From Pinirhizobacter sp. (GTDB lineage: Bacteria > Pseudomonadota > Gammaproteobacteria > Xanthomonadales > Rhodanobacteraceae), in the NCBI RefSeq assembly GCF_036499745.1, contig NZ_DASYDG010000033.1, positions 33,662-97,661 on the forward strand: 64,000 bases of DNA, read 5' to 3'. Within the stretch, counting starts at the first letter, position 1, and every line of letters begins with the position of its first letter. Position numbers and translations under genes: made by a program. The notes under the pieces are model-generated. The model ran no database searches and was not told the origin of the DNA. It saw only the letters and a list, made by a program, of their open reading frames with translations. Positions 27,073 to 36,340 of the stretch are shown in pieces.

Positions 27073-28607
27073 GCGCGCTCCTTCTTCTGGCGAGCATTCT
27101 TTGTTTTTGGTTTCTCGGCGACCGCGACACGCGCTCCGCGGATCCGATCCAGCAGTACGCTGGCAGGTTCGTCACTTGGTTCCTGTGGCACTAGTTGACC
27201 GGCGAAGGCGGCCCTTAGGATGTTCTTACGTTGGGCGGAAGCCTGCCTGATTCCAAGCGCTGCGGCCTCGTCTTGATCACGGACACTGGATAGCGAATCT
27301 GACAGTCTTTCGACCAGCAGGAGTTGCTCGTGCATCGGCGGAATTGGTACCGGAAGACGCTCAAGGATCTCGAGATTTATGTTTTTCTGGGCCGTTGCGG
27401 GAGCCTCATCCTCTAGCTTCTGCTGCGCTGTGCGGATGTAGTACTCGACGTATTCCACCGACACTGCATCACTCGCTGGAAGAAAGCCTACGACGCTATC
27501 GGGAAAGCAGGCCTCCACCGCAAGCAATGCCGTCTTACCGATGTTTGCGGCGATCGTTATACAGAGGGTCTTCGTTGGCCACAACCGACTTTGCGCGAGC
27601 CCGGCCTCGCTATAGGTGATGGATGCTTTGCGAACGAAGGTGTCCGAATCCCGAATGTCCCCAGTTTGCACAAAGGGGTAAGGGCCGCCGTACAAATGCG
27701 GGGCGTTTCTTGGCCGATGCTTGGAACGACCGCGGTCAAGCCATCCGATTTGGGACAGGGTGGCCCATACCCATCCTTCTGGAAGCTCGGAAAAGTCGGT
27801 GGTGTCGAGAGATATCGGCTCAGGGTATTTATTCCGCCAATCTCCCGGAGGAGTCTTGCCTTGTTCAATAAACTTAGCAAGTTGTTTTGCCTCCCAGTGT
27901 GCGCGACGATCGGTGAGAATGCTTTGCAGCAGGTCGGTGCCGATTTCCCTCGGTCTTCTGTTCGCGATGCGGGCCATACGCCAGTCGGCGGTCAGTGCGC
28001 CTTCCATCGCCGCCTTCAGTAGTGATTGGCGATACTGCTCAAGCTTACGCTGCAACACCTTCAACTCAGTCACGCCAGCATCGAGGTCGGAGAACAGCTC
28101 TTCGAGCTTCTTGACGATTCGGTATTGCTCGCTCTTAGGCGGCAACATGAATTTGTAGTTGGAGATGTCTCTAGGACGAACTGCTGGATAAAGCGCCCCT
28201 TGAACAAGGCTCGACATTGTGTCGATGAAGTGGTCCGTCTGAACGAGGTAGTAAAGGAACTTCGGCTCGACCCAACGTGTACGCAGAACATGAAATCCGG
28301 TTGAAGCAACGAGTTGCGATTCCGAGCAAGGGACCATTGCCACTGCGTTCAAGTTTGGTCGCGTCATCGACACCAATACGTCGCCGGGAGCAACGATCTG
28401 CCTAGCTCGGCTAGGAGCCTCGTCGAGCTCGAGGAGCCTCTGTTCGCGCAAGGCTTTTGCCTCACGGTCAATGCTGCCGATGTCCAGATAGACAAAAGCC
28501 CTAGTCGGCCCAGTTTGCGCAACATGGCCCTCAACGACCTCGGCGAGCGTGGTCAGTGCGTAGCCCGGTGCAATCAACTCAGCAGACCGGTCGTGCTTCG
28601 AAATCAA
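27069..28607 (-). CDS. hsdS: Type I RM specificity subunit S
   Basis: Two TRDs separated by conserved helices (LPPKSEQYRIVKKLEELFSDLD; PIPPMHEQ; RKNILRAAFAGQLVPQEPSDEPASVLL). TTG start overlapping the hsdR stop. Confidence 0.93.
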   Translation of the reverse strand: MISKHDRSAELIAPGYALTTLAEVVEGHVAQTGPTRAFVYLDIGSIDREAKALREQRLLELDEAPSRARQIVAPGDVLVSMTRPNLNAVAMVPCSESQLVASTGFHVLRTRWVEPKFLYYLVQTDHFIDTMSSLVQGALYPAVRPRDISNYKFMLPPKSEQYRIVKKLEELFSDLDAGVTELKVLQRKLEQYRQSLLKAAMEGALTADWRMARIANRRPREIGTDLLQSILTDRRAHWEAKQLAKFIEQGKTPPGDWRNKYPEPISLDTTDFSELPEGWVWATLSQIGWLDRGRSKHRPRNAPHLYGGPYPFVQTGDIRDSDTFVRKASITYSEAGLAQSRLWPTKTLCITIAANIGKTALLAVEACFPDSVVGFLPASDAVSVEYVEYYIRTAQQKLEDEAPATAQKNINLEILERLPVPIPPMHEQLLLVERLSDSLSSVRDQDEAAALGIRQASAQRKNILRAAFAGQLVPQEPSDEPASVLLDRIRGARVAVAEKPKTKNARQKKERA

Positions 28608-31381
28608 GCGACTAACTCCTCGTTCATTTCTGTCAGCAGTTCATCGAACTGCTCGCCAAATACTTGCCATACTTTCTGCAGTCCACCCTTGTCGGCTAGC
28701 TGCGCATAGTCGAAATCTTCGCGACTGATCGAACAACTAGATGCGACGTGATCCTTCATCAAACGTAGCCACTCGGTTTGTTCCAGAGTAAACGCCGTGG
28801 CGCGCTGCGCATTATGGCGGAATATCCACTCCTGGAAACGCTTGTCGACACTGTCAGCGAACGGGCGTAGTTCTTCGTCGAGGCCCAATGCGAAGCGCAC
28901 GAGTGCGATCAGGTCGGTGAGCTGGCGGCGGATTTCGGCGCCTTTGACCTTGCCGGCCTGGACACGTGCGTAGGCCGACCACAGCCGCTCAGTGGTGAGC
29001 ATCAGCGGTGGCCGAGACAGTACGTCGTGCAGATCCTCAATCATGGCGAAGGTGAGCAGCCGACGCCGGTAGGGCTGCTGGTAGAAGAAATCCAGCGCGG
29101 TGATCTCGTCGCGGTGTACGCGCAAATAATCGGCGAATACCTGAATGGTGGCCGTGGCCTGCGCCTCTGCCTGTGCGCTGAATCCGGTCGAGACCACTTG
29201 GTCAATGTTGATGTGATCGATGAGCTGTTCGTGCTCGCGGCGGGCGGAGTCGATCAGATCGCGCAGCTTGGGATCGTCGAACGGTTGACAAGCCGCGGCA
29301 ACTCGGCGACGACGTGCGGCGTCCAATTCGTCGGCCGCGAGGACGTCCTCGCTGGACGTGATGCCGGCGGCATTGGCGGTATCCAGCGCATCGGCCACGA
29401 TCCGATCGGGATCCAGCGCTATAATCAGGTTACGCGCGAGATCATTGAGGCTGCGGCCATCTGCAACCTGTTTGATCCGGGTCAAAGCCTTATCGTCTAG
29501 CTGCTTGGCCAATCGCACCAGACGGTTGCCGAGCGTGAGTACCGTGTCGTCATCGCGGCTACCAATCGCAACACCCTTGAGCAGATTGTTCAGCGAGACG
29601 GCAGGCATTTTTTCCAAGGGTCGGCTTTCGGTTTTCAGCGATTTTTCCACCCCGACGGCGTCGATCAAAACGAAGTGTGTCTTAGCGCTGTCGGCGCTAC
29701 TGCTGACCTTCTTCAACGATTCCGCATCAAGGCTTCGCACGCCGCGGCCTTTCATCTGCTCGTAATAGCCCTTACTGCGCACATCGCGCATGAACAGCAG
29801 CACTTCCAGTGGCTTCACATCTGTACCGGTAGCAATCATGTCGACCGTGACGGCGATACGCGGGTGGTACTCGTTGCGAAAGTTGGACAGGATGCTGTCC
29901 GGGTCTTCCTCGGCCTTGTAGGTCACCTTCTTGCAGAATGCATTGCCTTCATCGTAGACCTCACGCACGGTGCGAATAATGTCATCCGCGTGGCTGTCGG
30001 TTTTGGCGAAGATAAGGGTCTTGGGCACTTCAGCGCGATTAGGATAAATGCGAGTTTCCACCGCCGTTTTCATCGCTTGTATCACCTGGCGGATCTGGCT
30101 GGGGTTGACCACCGATCGATCGAGGTCAGTTCTGCTGTAGGTCGTGTCTTCCTCGGTCTGAGCCCAGCGCTTCTTGCGAGTCTGACGGTCGCGGTGATCG
30201 ATCCATTCTTTGGCCTTCAGCTCGGCACCGGCGCGGGTGATCTCAGTTTCGATCTCGTAGACGTCATAGCCCACGTTGACGCCGTCAACCACCGACTGTT
30301 CGTAGCTGTACTCAGCAACCACATTTTCGTTGAAGAAACCGTAGGTACGCTTGTCTGGGGTGGCAGTGAGGCCAATCAGGAAAGCATCGAAGTAGTCCAG
30401 CACCTGCTTCCATAGGTTGTAAATGCTCCGATGGCACTCATCGATGATGATGAAGTCGAAGGTCTCAATCGGCACTGACGGGTTGTAACGGACCAGCTTG
30501 GCCTGTTTGTCCAACGCCCCTAATTCCGCGGTAGATATGTCCTCGGCCGATTCGTCGATCGGCTCGCCGGAGAGGATGGAGTACATGCGCTGGATGGTGC
30601 TGATGCAAACCTGCCCATGAGGATCGATGTTGCTGGAGGACAGTCGCTGCACGTTGTAGAGCTCAGTGAACTTCCGGCCGTCATCCGGCGGCGTGTAGGC
30701 CATGAACTCCTGATGCGCCTGCTTGCCAAGGTTTCTAGTGTCGACCAAGAAAAGAATGCGCTTGGCTCCGCCGAACTTGAGTAGACGGTATACAGACGTG
30801 ATGGCGGTGAACGTCTTACCCGCGCCCGTGGCCATATGGACCAGTGCGCGGGGTTTGTTCATAGCCAGCGATTTCTCCAGGCCGGTGACGGCACTGACCT
30901 GGCAGTCACGCAAGTTCCGCTCCGGAAGGGGCGGCATCTGGGTCAACCGACGGCGCAGTGTTTCTGGCAGTGCGGCCCAATCCGCTAGAGTCTGGGGCTG
31001 AAAGAAGTAAAACAGTTCGCGGGATCGTGGCACTGGGTCTGCGCCATCGGTAAAGAAAAGGATCTGACCGGTGCTCTCGTAGAGAAAGCGCAGCGGCAAT
31101 CCGCCCTTGTGCCATTTCAGCGAAGCACCGGCATAGCGTTCCGTCTGGGTTTCATGGACGCTCAGGTTCTCGCCGGCCTCGTCGCGCTTGGCTTCGATAA
31201 CTCCCACGGGGTTGCGATCAACGTAGAGAACGTAATCTGCAGGCCCGGTGTCGGTCGGGAACTCGCGCACGGCCACGCCCTGGGCGGCGCCCAGGTTTAG
31301 TTCCTTGATGTCCTGGACAAGCCAGCCCGCTGTTTCCAGCTTCTGATCGATCAGGAGGCGGGCCTTGGCCTCGGGCGTCAT
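28604..31381 (-). CDS. hsdR: Type I restriction endonuclease subunit R (EcoEI/EcoAI-like C-terminus)
   Basis: PEAKARLLID, ADYVL/GVIEAK nuclease motifs, Walker A ATGAGKT, DECH, GLTATP, TVDMIATGTDV, QMKGRG. Confidence 0.95.
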   Translation of the reverse strand: MTPEAKARLLIDQKLETAGWLVQDIKELNLGAAQGVAVREFPTDTGPADYVLYVDRNPVGVIEAKRDEAGENLSVHETQTERYAGASLKWHKGGLPLRFLYESTGQILFFTDGADPVPRSRELFYFFQPQTLADWAALPETLRRRLTQMPPLPERNLRDCQVSAVTGLEKSLAMNKPRALVHMATGAGKTFTAITSVYRLLKFGGAKRILFLVDTRNLGKQAHQEFMAYTPPDDGRKFTELYNVQRLSSSNIDPHGQVCISTIQRMYSILSGEPIDESAEDISTAELGALDKQAKLVRYNPSVPIETFDFIIIDECHRSIYNLWKQVLDYFDAFLIGLTATPDKRTYGFFNENVVAEYSYEQSVVDGVNVGYDVYEIETEITRAGAELKAKEWIDHRDRQTRKKRWAQTEEDTTYSRTDLDRSVVNPSQIRQVIQAMKTAVETRIYPNRAEVPKTLIFAKTDSHADDIIRTVREVYDEGNAFCKKVTYKAEEDPDSILSNFRNEYHPRIAVTVDMIATGTDVKPLEVLLFMRDVRSKGYYEQMKGRGVRSLDAESLKKVSSSADSAKTHFVLIDAVGVEKSLKTESRPLEKMPAVSLNNLLKGVAIGSRDDDTVLTLGNRLVRLAKQLDDKALTRIKQVADGRSLNDLARNLIIALDPDRIVADALDTANAAGITSSEDVLAADELDAARRRRVAAACQPFDDPKLRDLIDSARREHEQLIDHINIDQVVSTGFSAQAEAQATATIQVFADYLRVHRDEITALDFFYQQPYRRRLLTFAMIEDLHDVLSRPPLMLTTERLWSAYARVQAGKVKGAEIRRQLTDLIALVRFALGLDEELRPFADSVDKRFQEWIFRHNAQRATAFTLEQTEWLRLMKDHVASSCSISREDFDYAQLADKGGLQKVWQVFGEQFDELLTEMNEELVA

Positions 31382-31658
31382 GCTTCGGGCCTAGTGGCCC
31401 CTGCCAGCCAACCGTGGGCGGCGACGCATTGATTTGGAGCCACCTCGGAAGCACTCCCGCTCTCGCCGCGAACCATCCTTATCTTTGCCATTGGAGCCCC
31501 CTTGCCAGTTGGGGCCTAATTTACGCACATAGCGGAACGCCGTCCCAGAAGATCTCCAAGGCGAAGATGTCACGGAGTCTCTCGGAAGGCACTTGCTCAA
31601 GATATTCGCATGCAAGTCAACTACTTGCGTGGTATTGCGCTGTAATAACGGCCCGTCG

Positions 31659-31716
31659 TTGACATGCAGGCTTATAACGTATAAATTGGAACTGCAATAT
31701 ACGATTTATACGTTAT
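31659..31716 (+). promoter_or_regulatory. Sigma70 promoter (TTGACA-17-TAAATT) overlapped by a perfect 13-bp inverted repeat
   Basis: TTGACA 31659-64 and TAAATT 31682-87. ATAACGTATAAAT 31674-86 and ATTTATACGTTAT 31704-16, with a 17-bp spacer. Confidence 0.7.
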
Positions 31717-31725
31717 GAGAACGCA

Positions 31726-32226
31726 ATGACAAAAACCGTATCGCTGCCCGACGATGTTTATGCGCAACTTGCCACATTGGCACGCCCCTTCGTTGATCGG
31801 GAGCCTAGCGATGTGATTCGACGCCTTGTCGTACAAGAAATCCTTGCCCTAGGCAATTCTTCTAACGGTAAGGCTAATAGCGCTCATTCGATGAAGCTAG
31901 TGGGTCGTGCACCCAGGGAGCGCGGCGTAACCATCATGCTCGATGGGACTGCCATCGATGCAGATACTGTCCCTGACCTTATTGAGAAAGTAGCCGCCTT
32001 CCTTTTCGATAGTGGCTATTGGTCGAAGCTTCTGGCGATAGCACCGTACAAAACCAGCTCGCGACGCTATCTCTTCTCCAAGACACCGGTTCACCCCAGT
32101 GGTAAGAACTTCTTCTCTGAGCTCAAGTACCGGGATCTCTATTTTGAGGTTCATAAGAATTACGCCACGTCGCTTGAACAGCTCCGTCGCCTTCTCGGAA
32201 AATTGGGAATAAACCTAACTTTCTAA
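31726..32226 (+). CDS. SeqA-like protein (N-terminal ribbon-helix-helix-like segment + SeqA-C-like domain)
   Basis: KTVSLPDDVYAQLA..EPSDVIRRLV resembles the SeqA N-terminus ([24 protein letters not shown]). RRYLFS..LYFEVHKNYATSLEQLRRLLGKLG resembles the SeqA C-domain pattern. Aligned by eye from memory. Confidence 0.7.
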   Translation: MTKTVSLPDDVYAQLATLARPFVDREPSDVIRRLVVQEILALGNSSNGKANSAHSMKLVGRAPRERGVTIMLDGTAIDADTVPDLIEKVAAFLFDSGYWSKLLAIAPYKTSSRRYLFSKTPVHPSGKNFFSELKYRDLYFEVHKNYATSLEQLRRLLGKLGINLTF

Positions 32227-32257
32227 CGGGTCGCGTTCACAGATAGCAAGCCTCGAT

Positions 32258-32306
32258 AAAAAAGCCCCGCCGGCGATCAATGAGATCTCGGCACCAGCAG
32301 GGCTTT
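32258..32306. terminator. Bidirectional terminator-like hairpin downstream of glnA and the SeqA-like gene
   Basis: AAAAAAGCCCCGC...GCAGGGCTTT imperfect stem with A-tract/T-tract. Confidence 0.6.
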
Positions 32307-32340
32307 ACATCAGGCGGAACTCAACTACCGCGAGCAACCA

Positions 32341-33753
32341 TCAGATCGCGTAATACATCTGGAACTCCAGCGGATGCGTGCTGGCGCGGTAACGGGTCAC
32401 TTCCTGCATCTTCAGCGCGATGTAGCTGTCGATGAAGTCGTCGGTGAACACGCCACCGGCCTTCAGGAAGTCACGATCCTTGTCCAGCGCCTCAAGGGCC
32501 GCGTCCAGGCTCGAGCATACCTGCGGGATGTTCTTCTCTTCTTCCGGCGGCAGGTCGTAAAGATCCTTGTCCGACGGCGCGCCCGGGTCGATCTTGTTGA
32601 TGATGCCGTCCAGCCCCGCCATCATCAGCGCGGTGAAGGTGAGGTAGCCCGACTGCACGGGATCGGGGAAGCGCAGCTCGATGCGGCGGCCCTTTGGGTT
32701 CGACACATACGGGATGCGGCAGCTGGCCGAGCGGTTGCGGGCCGAGTACGCCAGCATCACCGGGGCTTCGAAGCCCGGCACCAGGCGCTTGTAGCTGTTG
32801 GTGGAGGAATTGGCGAAGGCGTTGATGGCGCGGGCGTGCTTGAAGATGCCGCCGATGTACCACAGCGCCGTCTGCGACAGGCCGCCGTAGAGGTCGCCGG
32901 CGAAGAGGTTCTCGCCGCCCTTGGACAGCGACTGGTGCACGTGCATGCCCGAGCCGTTGTCACCCACGATGGGCTTGGGCATGAAGGTAACCGTCTTGCC
33001 GTTCTGGTGGGCGACGTTCTTGACCACGTACTTCAGCGTGATGAGTTCATCCGCCTTCTTCACCAGCGTATTGAACTTCACGCCGATCTCGCACTGGCCG
33101 GCATTGGCCACTTCGTGGTGGTGCACTTCCACCACCTGGCCCAGCGACTCGAGCACCTTGCACATATCGGCGCGCAGGTCGCCCAGGGTGTCCACCGGGC
33201 TCACCGGGAAATAGCCGCCCTTCACGCCGGGACGGTGGCCGGTGTTGTTGCCTTCGTACTTGTAACGCGAGCTCCACGCGGCTTCTTCAGAGCCGATTTC
33301 GTAGAACACGCGGCCCATGTCGTTCTGCCAGCGGACCGAATCGAAGATGAAGAACTCAGGCTCCGGACCGAAGAACGCGGTGTCGGCGATGCCGGTGCTC
33401 TTGAGGTAGGCCTCGCCGCGCTTGGCGATCGAACGCGGGTCGCGGCCGTAGGCCTGCATCGTGCTGGGCTCGAGCACGTCGCAATGGATGACCAGCTGCG
33501 TGTGCTGGGAGAACGGATCCAGGTAGGCCGTATCAGGATCTGGCATCAGCACCATGTCCGATTCGTTGATGCCCTTCCAGCCGGCGATCGACGAGCCGTC
33601 GAACATCTTGCCGTCCTCGAAGGTTTCCGCGTCCACCGCATGGGCCGGGAAGGTCGTGTGATGCTGCTTGCCCAGCACATCGACGAAGCGGAAGTCGACG
33701 AACTCGACATCGTGCTCCTGCATCAGGTCAAGCACGTTTTCAACGGAGGACAT
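32341..33753 (-). CDS. glnA: Glutamine synthetase type I
   Basis: [65 protein letters not shown]. Start MSSVENVL at 33753. Confidence 0.98.
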   Translation of the reverse strand: MSSVENVLDLMQEHDVEFVDFRFVDVLGKQHHTTFPAHAVDAETFEDGKMFDGSSIAGWKGINESDMVLMPDPDTAYLDPFSQHTQLVIHCDVLEPSTMQAYGRDPRSIAKRGEAYLKSTGIADTAFFGPEPEFFIFDSVRWQNDMGRVFYEIGSEEAAWSSRYKYEGNNTGHRPGVKGGYFPVSPVDTLGDLRADMCKVLESLGQVVEVHHHEVANAGQCEIGVKFNTLVKKADELITLKYVVKNVAHQNGKTVTFMPKPIVGDNGSGMHVHQSLSKGGENLFAGDLYGGLSQTALWYIGGIFKHARAINAFANSSTNSYKRLVPGFEAPVMLAYSARNRSASCRIPYVSNPKGRRIELRFPDPVQSGYLTFTALMMAGLDGIINKIDPGAPSDKDLYDLPPEEEKNIPQVCSSLDAALEALDKDRDFLKAGGVFTDDFIDSYIALKMQEVTRYRASTHPLEFQMYYAI

Positions 33754-33794
33754 GGGGCGAAACCTCGGGTTTAGTGGGTGAATGGATCGTCCAT

Positions 33795-33811
33795 AGCAAT
33801 GGATGTGCCAA
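33795..33811 (-). promoter_or_regulatory. Sigma54 -24/-12 promoter of glnA
   Basis: Minus strand reads TTGGCAC-ATCCA-TTGCT, matching TGGCAC-N5-TTGC. Confidence 0.85.
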
Positions 33812-33860
33812 GCCAAGCTTGATATACATCAATGACTTGACGGCGACGTTGCACAGCGAT

Positions 33861-33877
33861 TGCACCACCATGGGGCA
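33861..33877. promoter_or_regulatory. NtrC-binding box upstream of glnA
   Basis: TGCACCA-CCA-TGGGGCA, one mismatch to TGCACCA-N3-TGGTGCA. Confidence 0.75.
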
Positions 33878-33983
33878 TTGCAAATGCGTGCCTCCCCAGT
33901 ATGTCGCGCGGCGGTGCAGGGCGAAACCCTTTGCAGCGCATAGGCCTTAAGCTAGGCCGCTCCCTTACCTGCCGGAATGTTTC

Positions 33984-34778
33984 GTGGGCGACCTCCTCAA
34001 CTCCATCCTGCTCGGCATCATCGAGGGCATTACCGAATTCCTCCCCATCTCCAGCACCGGTCACCTGCTCATCGCCGAGCGGTGGCTGGGCGAACGGTCG
34101 GACACCTTCAACGTGGTGATCCAGGCCGGCGCGATCCTGGCGGTTACCTTCATCTACTGGCGGCGTGTGTGGGAACTTGTCTCGCAATGGCGCGATCCGG
34201 CCAACCGCGATTACCTGGCCAAGCTCGCCGTGGCCTTCCTGATCACAGCCGTACTGGGCTTCATCGCGGTGAAGATGGGCTTCAAGCTGCCCGAGACATT
34301 GGGACCGATCGCCTGGGCGCTGGTGATCGGCGGCCTGTGGATGCTGGCGGCTGAGAAACTGGCCGAGCGCAGCGTCGACCGTACGGAGATCACGTGGCGC
34401 ACCGCCATCGTGGTGGGCCTGCTGCAGATGGTGGCGGGGCTGCTCCCCGGCACGTCGCGATCGATGGCAACGATCTTCGGCGCGATGATGGCCGGCACCA
34501 CCAATCGCGCGGCGGCCACGGAGTTCTCGTTCCTGGTGGGTATCCCCACCATGTACGCTGCCAGCGCCTATGAGCTTTACAAGACACTCCACCACGGCAA
34601 CGGCATCCATGAGGACTGGACCTCGCTCGGCGTGGCCTTCGTGGTGTCCGCGGTGGTCGCCTTTATCGCCGTGAAGTGGCTGCTGGGCTACATCCGCAGC
34701 CATCGCTTCACGCCATTCGCGATCTACCGCATCGTGCTGGGCGTGGGCCTGCTGGTCTTCCTGAAAGTCGGCGGCTGA
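33984..34778 (+). CDS. uppP: Undecaprenyl-diphosphate phosphatase
   Basis: GIIEGITEFLPISSTGHL, PGTSRSMATI, ATEFSFLVGIP. Confidence 0.95.
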   Translation: MGDLLNSILLGIIEGITEFLPISSTGHLLIAERWLGERSDTFNVVIQAGAILAVTFIYWRRVWELVSQWRDPANRDYLAKLAVAFLITAVLGFIAVKMGFKLPETLGPIAWALVIGGLWMLAAEKLAERSVDRTEITWRTAIVVGLLQMVAGLLPGTSRSMATIFGAMMAGTTNRAAATEFSFLVGIPTMYAASAYELYKTLHHGNGIHEDWTSLGVAFVVSAVVAFIAVKWLLGYIRSHRFTPFAIYRIVLGVGLLVFLKVGG

Positions 34779-36340
34779 TGCAGTACCGCCTGCTCGATCT
34801 GGGCATCGACACCGAACGCCAGCGCGTTACGCGCGGCGAGGATGTCCTTCCCGTGTCGGGGTTGAGCTTCCGCTTGCTGGCCTTCCTGCTGACGCAGGGT
34901 GATCGGGTGGTCGGCTTCGATGAGCTGATCGACCAGGTATGGGCGCCGGCGGTGGTGGGCGAGGAAACCGTGACCCAGCGCATCAAGCTGCTACGGCAGG
35001 CGCTGGGCGATGAAGGGCGGCAGCCGCGCTATATACGATCGGTGCGCGGACGCGGCTACCAGCTGGCGGCGATGCCGAGGATCGAGGGTGAAGACTTGCC
35101 CGCGCCACCACCGCGGCGATGGCCCTGGTGGGTGGCGGTGGGTGTTGCCGGCGCGTTTGCGGCTGCCTGCGCGGCTTACCTGTGGCTGCACAGGGTCGAC
35201 CGTACGCCGCCGCCCGATCCACGCAGCCCCTTGTTGGTACGTGCCTCGTACTATGCCGCGATCGGGCAGCACGACAACAACGAACGCGCGATCGAGCTGT
35301 ATACCGATGCGCTGAACCAGGCGCCGCTGGACCGCGACGCCATGCTGGGCCTCAGTCGCGCAATGAGCGCCCGCGCCTGCCTTTACAATGGCGACCGCGA
35401 TGACGTCGAACGCGGCCTGGAGCTGGCCAACCGCCTGCTTGCCATCGACCCTGCCCGTGCCGCCGCGTGGTCGGCGAAGGGTTATGCACAGGATTGCGCC
35501 GGCCGCATCGACGAGGCGATGTCCGCCTATGCGCACGCCGTGCAACTGGATCCCGCCGACGATGCCACGCGTGCCTCCCTGGCCTATCTGCACCAGGAGA
35601 AGGGCATGCTGGCGCAAGCCCTGCATGAGAACCTCTCGATGCACGGCGACGGCAGCAAGGTACGCTTTCGCGAGGTGCAGATCGGCCGCGAACTGGAATT
35701 GCTCGGGTTCACCGCCAACGCGCAGATGCGCCTGGAACGCAGCTTCCGGCTTTATCCCGACAATGTGTTCTCCAATCTGGCCTGGCCGCGCTCGCTGTTC
35801 CTGCAGGGTCGTTTCACGCAGGCAGCGTCGGCGCTGGCCGTGGCGCAGGAACGCAACACCCCGCACGTGGACCTGGACATGCTGTCCGGCGAACTGGCCC
35901 TGCAACGCGGCGACCGCGCCACCGCGGAAGCTGCCTTCCAGCATGCGGCGCGCCTGCGACCCCTGATGAGCCTTCCGACCACGCTGCTGGGGATCTATGG
36001 CCCGGGCGGCGTCGATCCGGCGTGGACCGCCGAACGCGTCGACGAATTCGACCACCAGCTGGTGGGCAGTACGCCGTGGCCATCGCAGTATCTGGAACTG
36101 GCGATCCTTGAATTGTCACGTGACCGCAAGGCGCCGGCAGTGGCGGCGATCAATCGCGCGATCGACGCCGGCTACCGTGACCAGGCCTATCTTCAGGTCT
36201 CCCCGCTGTTTATCAAGCTGGCGGGCGATCCCGGTTTTGCCCACGCCCTGGATCGCATCGCCGCCGATGTCGCCCGCCAGCGCGCCGAAGTACTCAATGC
36301 GAGCTGGCGGCCGCCGGACCTGCCGCCCCCGTCGCACTGA
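34778..36340 (+). CDS. Winged-HTH (OmpR/CadC-like) - TM - TPR one-component regulator
   Basis: N-terminal ELIDQVW..ETVTQRIKLLRQALGDEG..YIRSVRGRGY; Pro-rich linker; TM WWVAVGVAGAFAAACAAYLWL; TPR-like repeats. TGATG coupling to uppP. Confidence 0.85.
   Translation: MQYRLLDLGIDTERQRVTRGEDVLPVSGLSFRLLAFLLTQGDRVVGFDELIDQVWAPAVVGEETVTQRIKLLRQALGDEGRQPRYIRSVRGRGYQLAAMPRIEGEDLPAPPPRRWPWWVAVGVAGAFAAACAAYLWLHRVDRTPPPDPRSPLLVRASYYAAIGQHDNNERAIELYTDALNQAPLDRDAMLGLSRAMSARACLYNGDRDDVERGLELANRLLAIDPARAAAWSAKGYAQDCAGRIDEAMSAYAHAVQLDPADDATRASLAYLHQEKGMLAQALHENLSMHGDGSKVRFREVQIGRELELLGFTANAQMRLERSFRLYPDNVFSNLAWPRSLFLQGRFTQAASALAVAQERNTPHVDLDMLSGELALQRGDRATAEAAFQHAARLRPLMSLPTTLLGIYGPGGVDPAWTAERVDEFDHQLVGSTPWPSQYLELAILELSRDRKAPAVAAINRAIDAGYRDQAYLQVSPLFIKLAGDPGFAHALDRIAADVARQRAEVLNASWRPPDLPPPSH

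Larger units (their letters stand above)
24417..32250. mobile_element. Putative defence island (type I RM + RhuM + SeqA-like gene); boundaries approximate
   Basis: Visibly lower GC and different codon style than the flanks (by eye); defence gene content; adjacent to the glnA terminator. No integrase, transposase, tRNA or convincing att repeats seen. Confidence 0.6.

Noticed and set aside
31391-31662. 74-aa and 82-aa ORFs between hsdR and the SeqA-like gene as a controller protein
   Set aside because: No HTH signature, no convincing RBS, and low-information composition.
24408-32327. 9-bp ACTCAACTA match (inverted) and AAAAGCC/GGGCTTTA similarity at the two island edges as att sites
   Set aside because: Too short, wrong orientation for attL/attR, and no recombinase gene; likely chance or generic terminator sequence.
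32374-33774. 466-aa plus-strand ORF opposite glnA; similar long antisense ORFs at 16580-18025, 22966-24414, 42240-44375, 1484-2722 and 7958-9058
   Set aside because: Shadow frames of real genes in GC-rich DNA: low-information composition, no motifs, fully overlapping well-supported genes.
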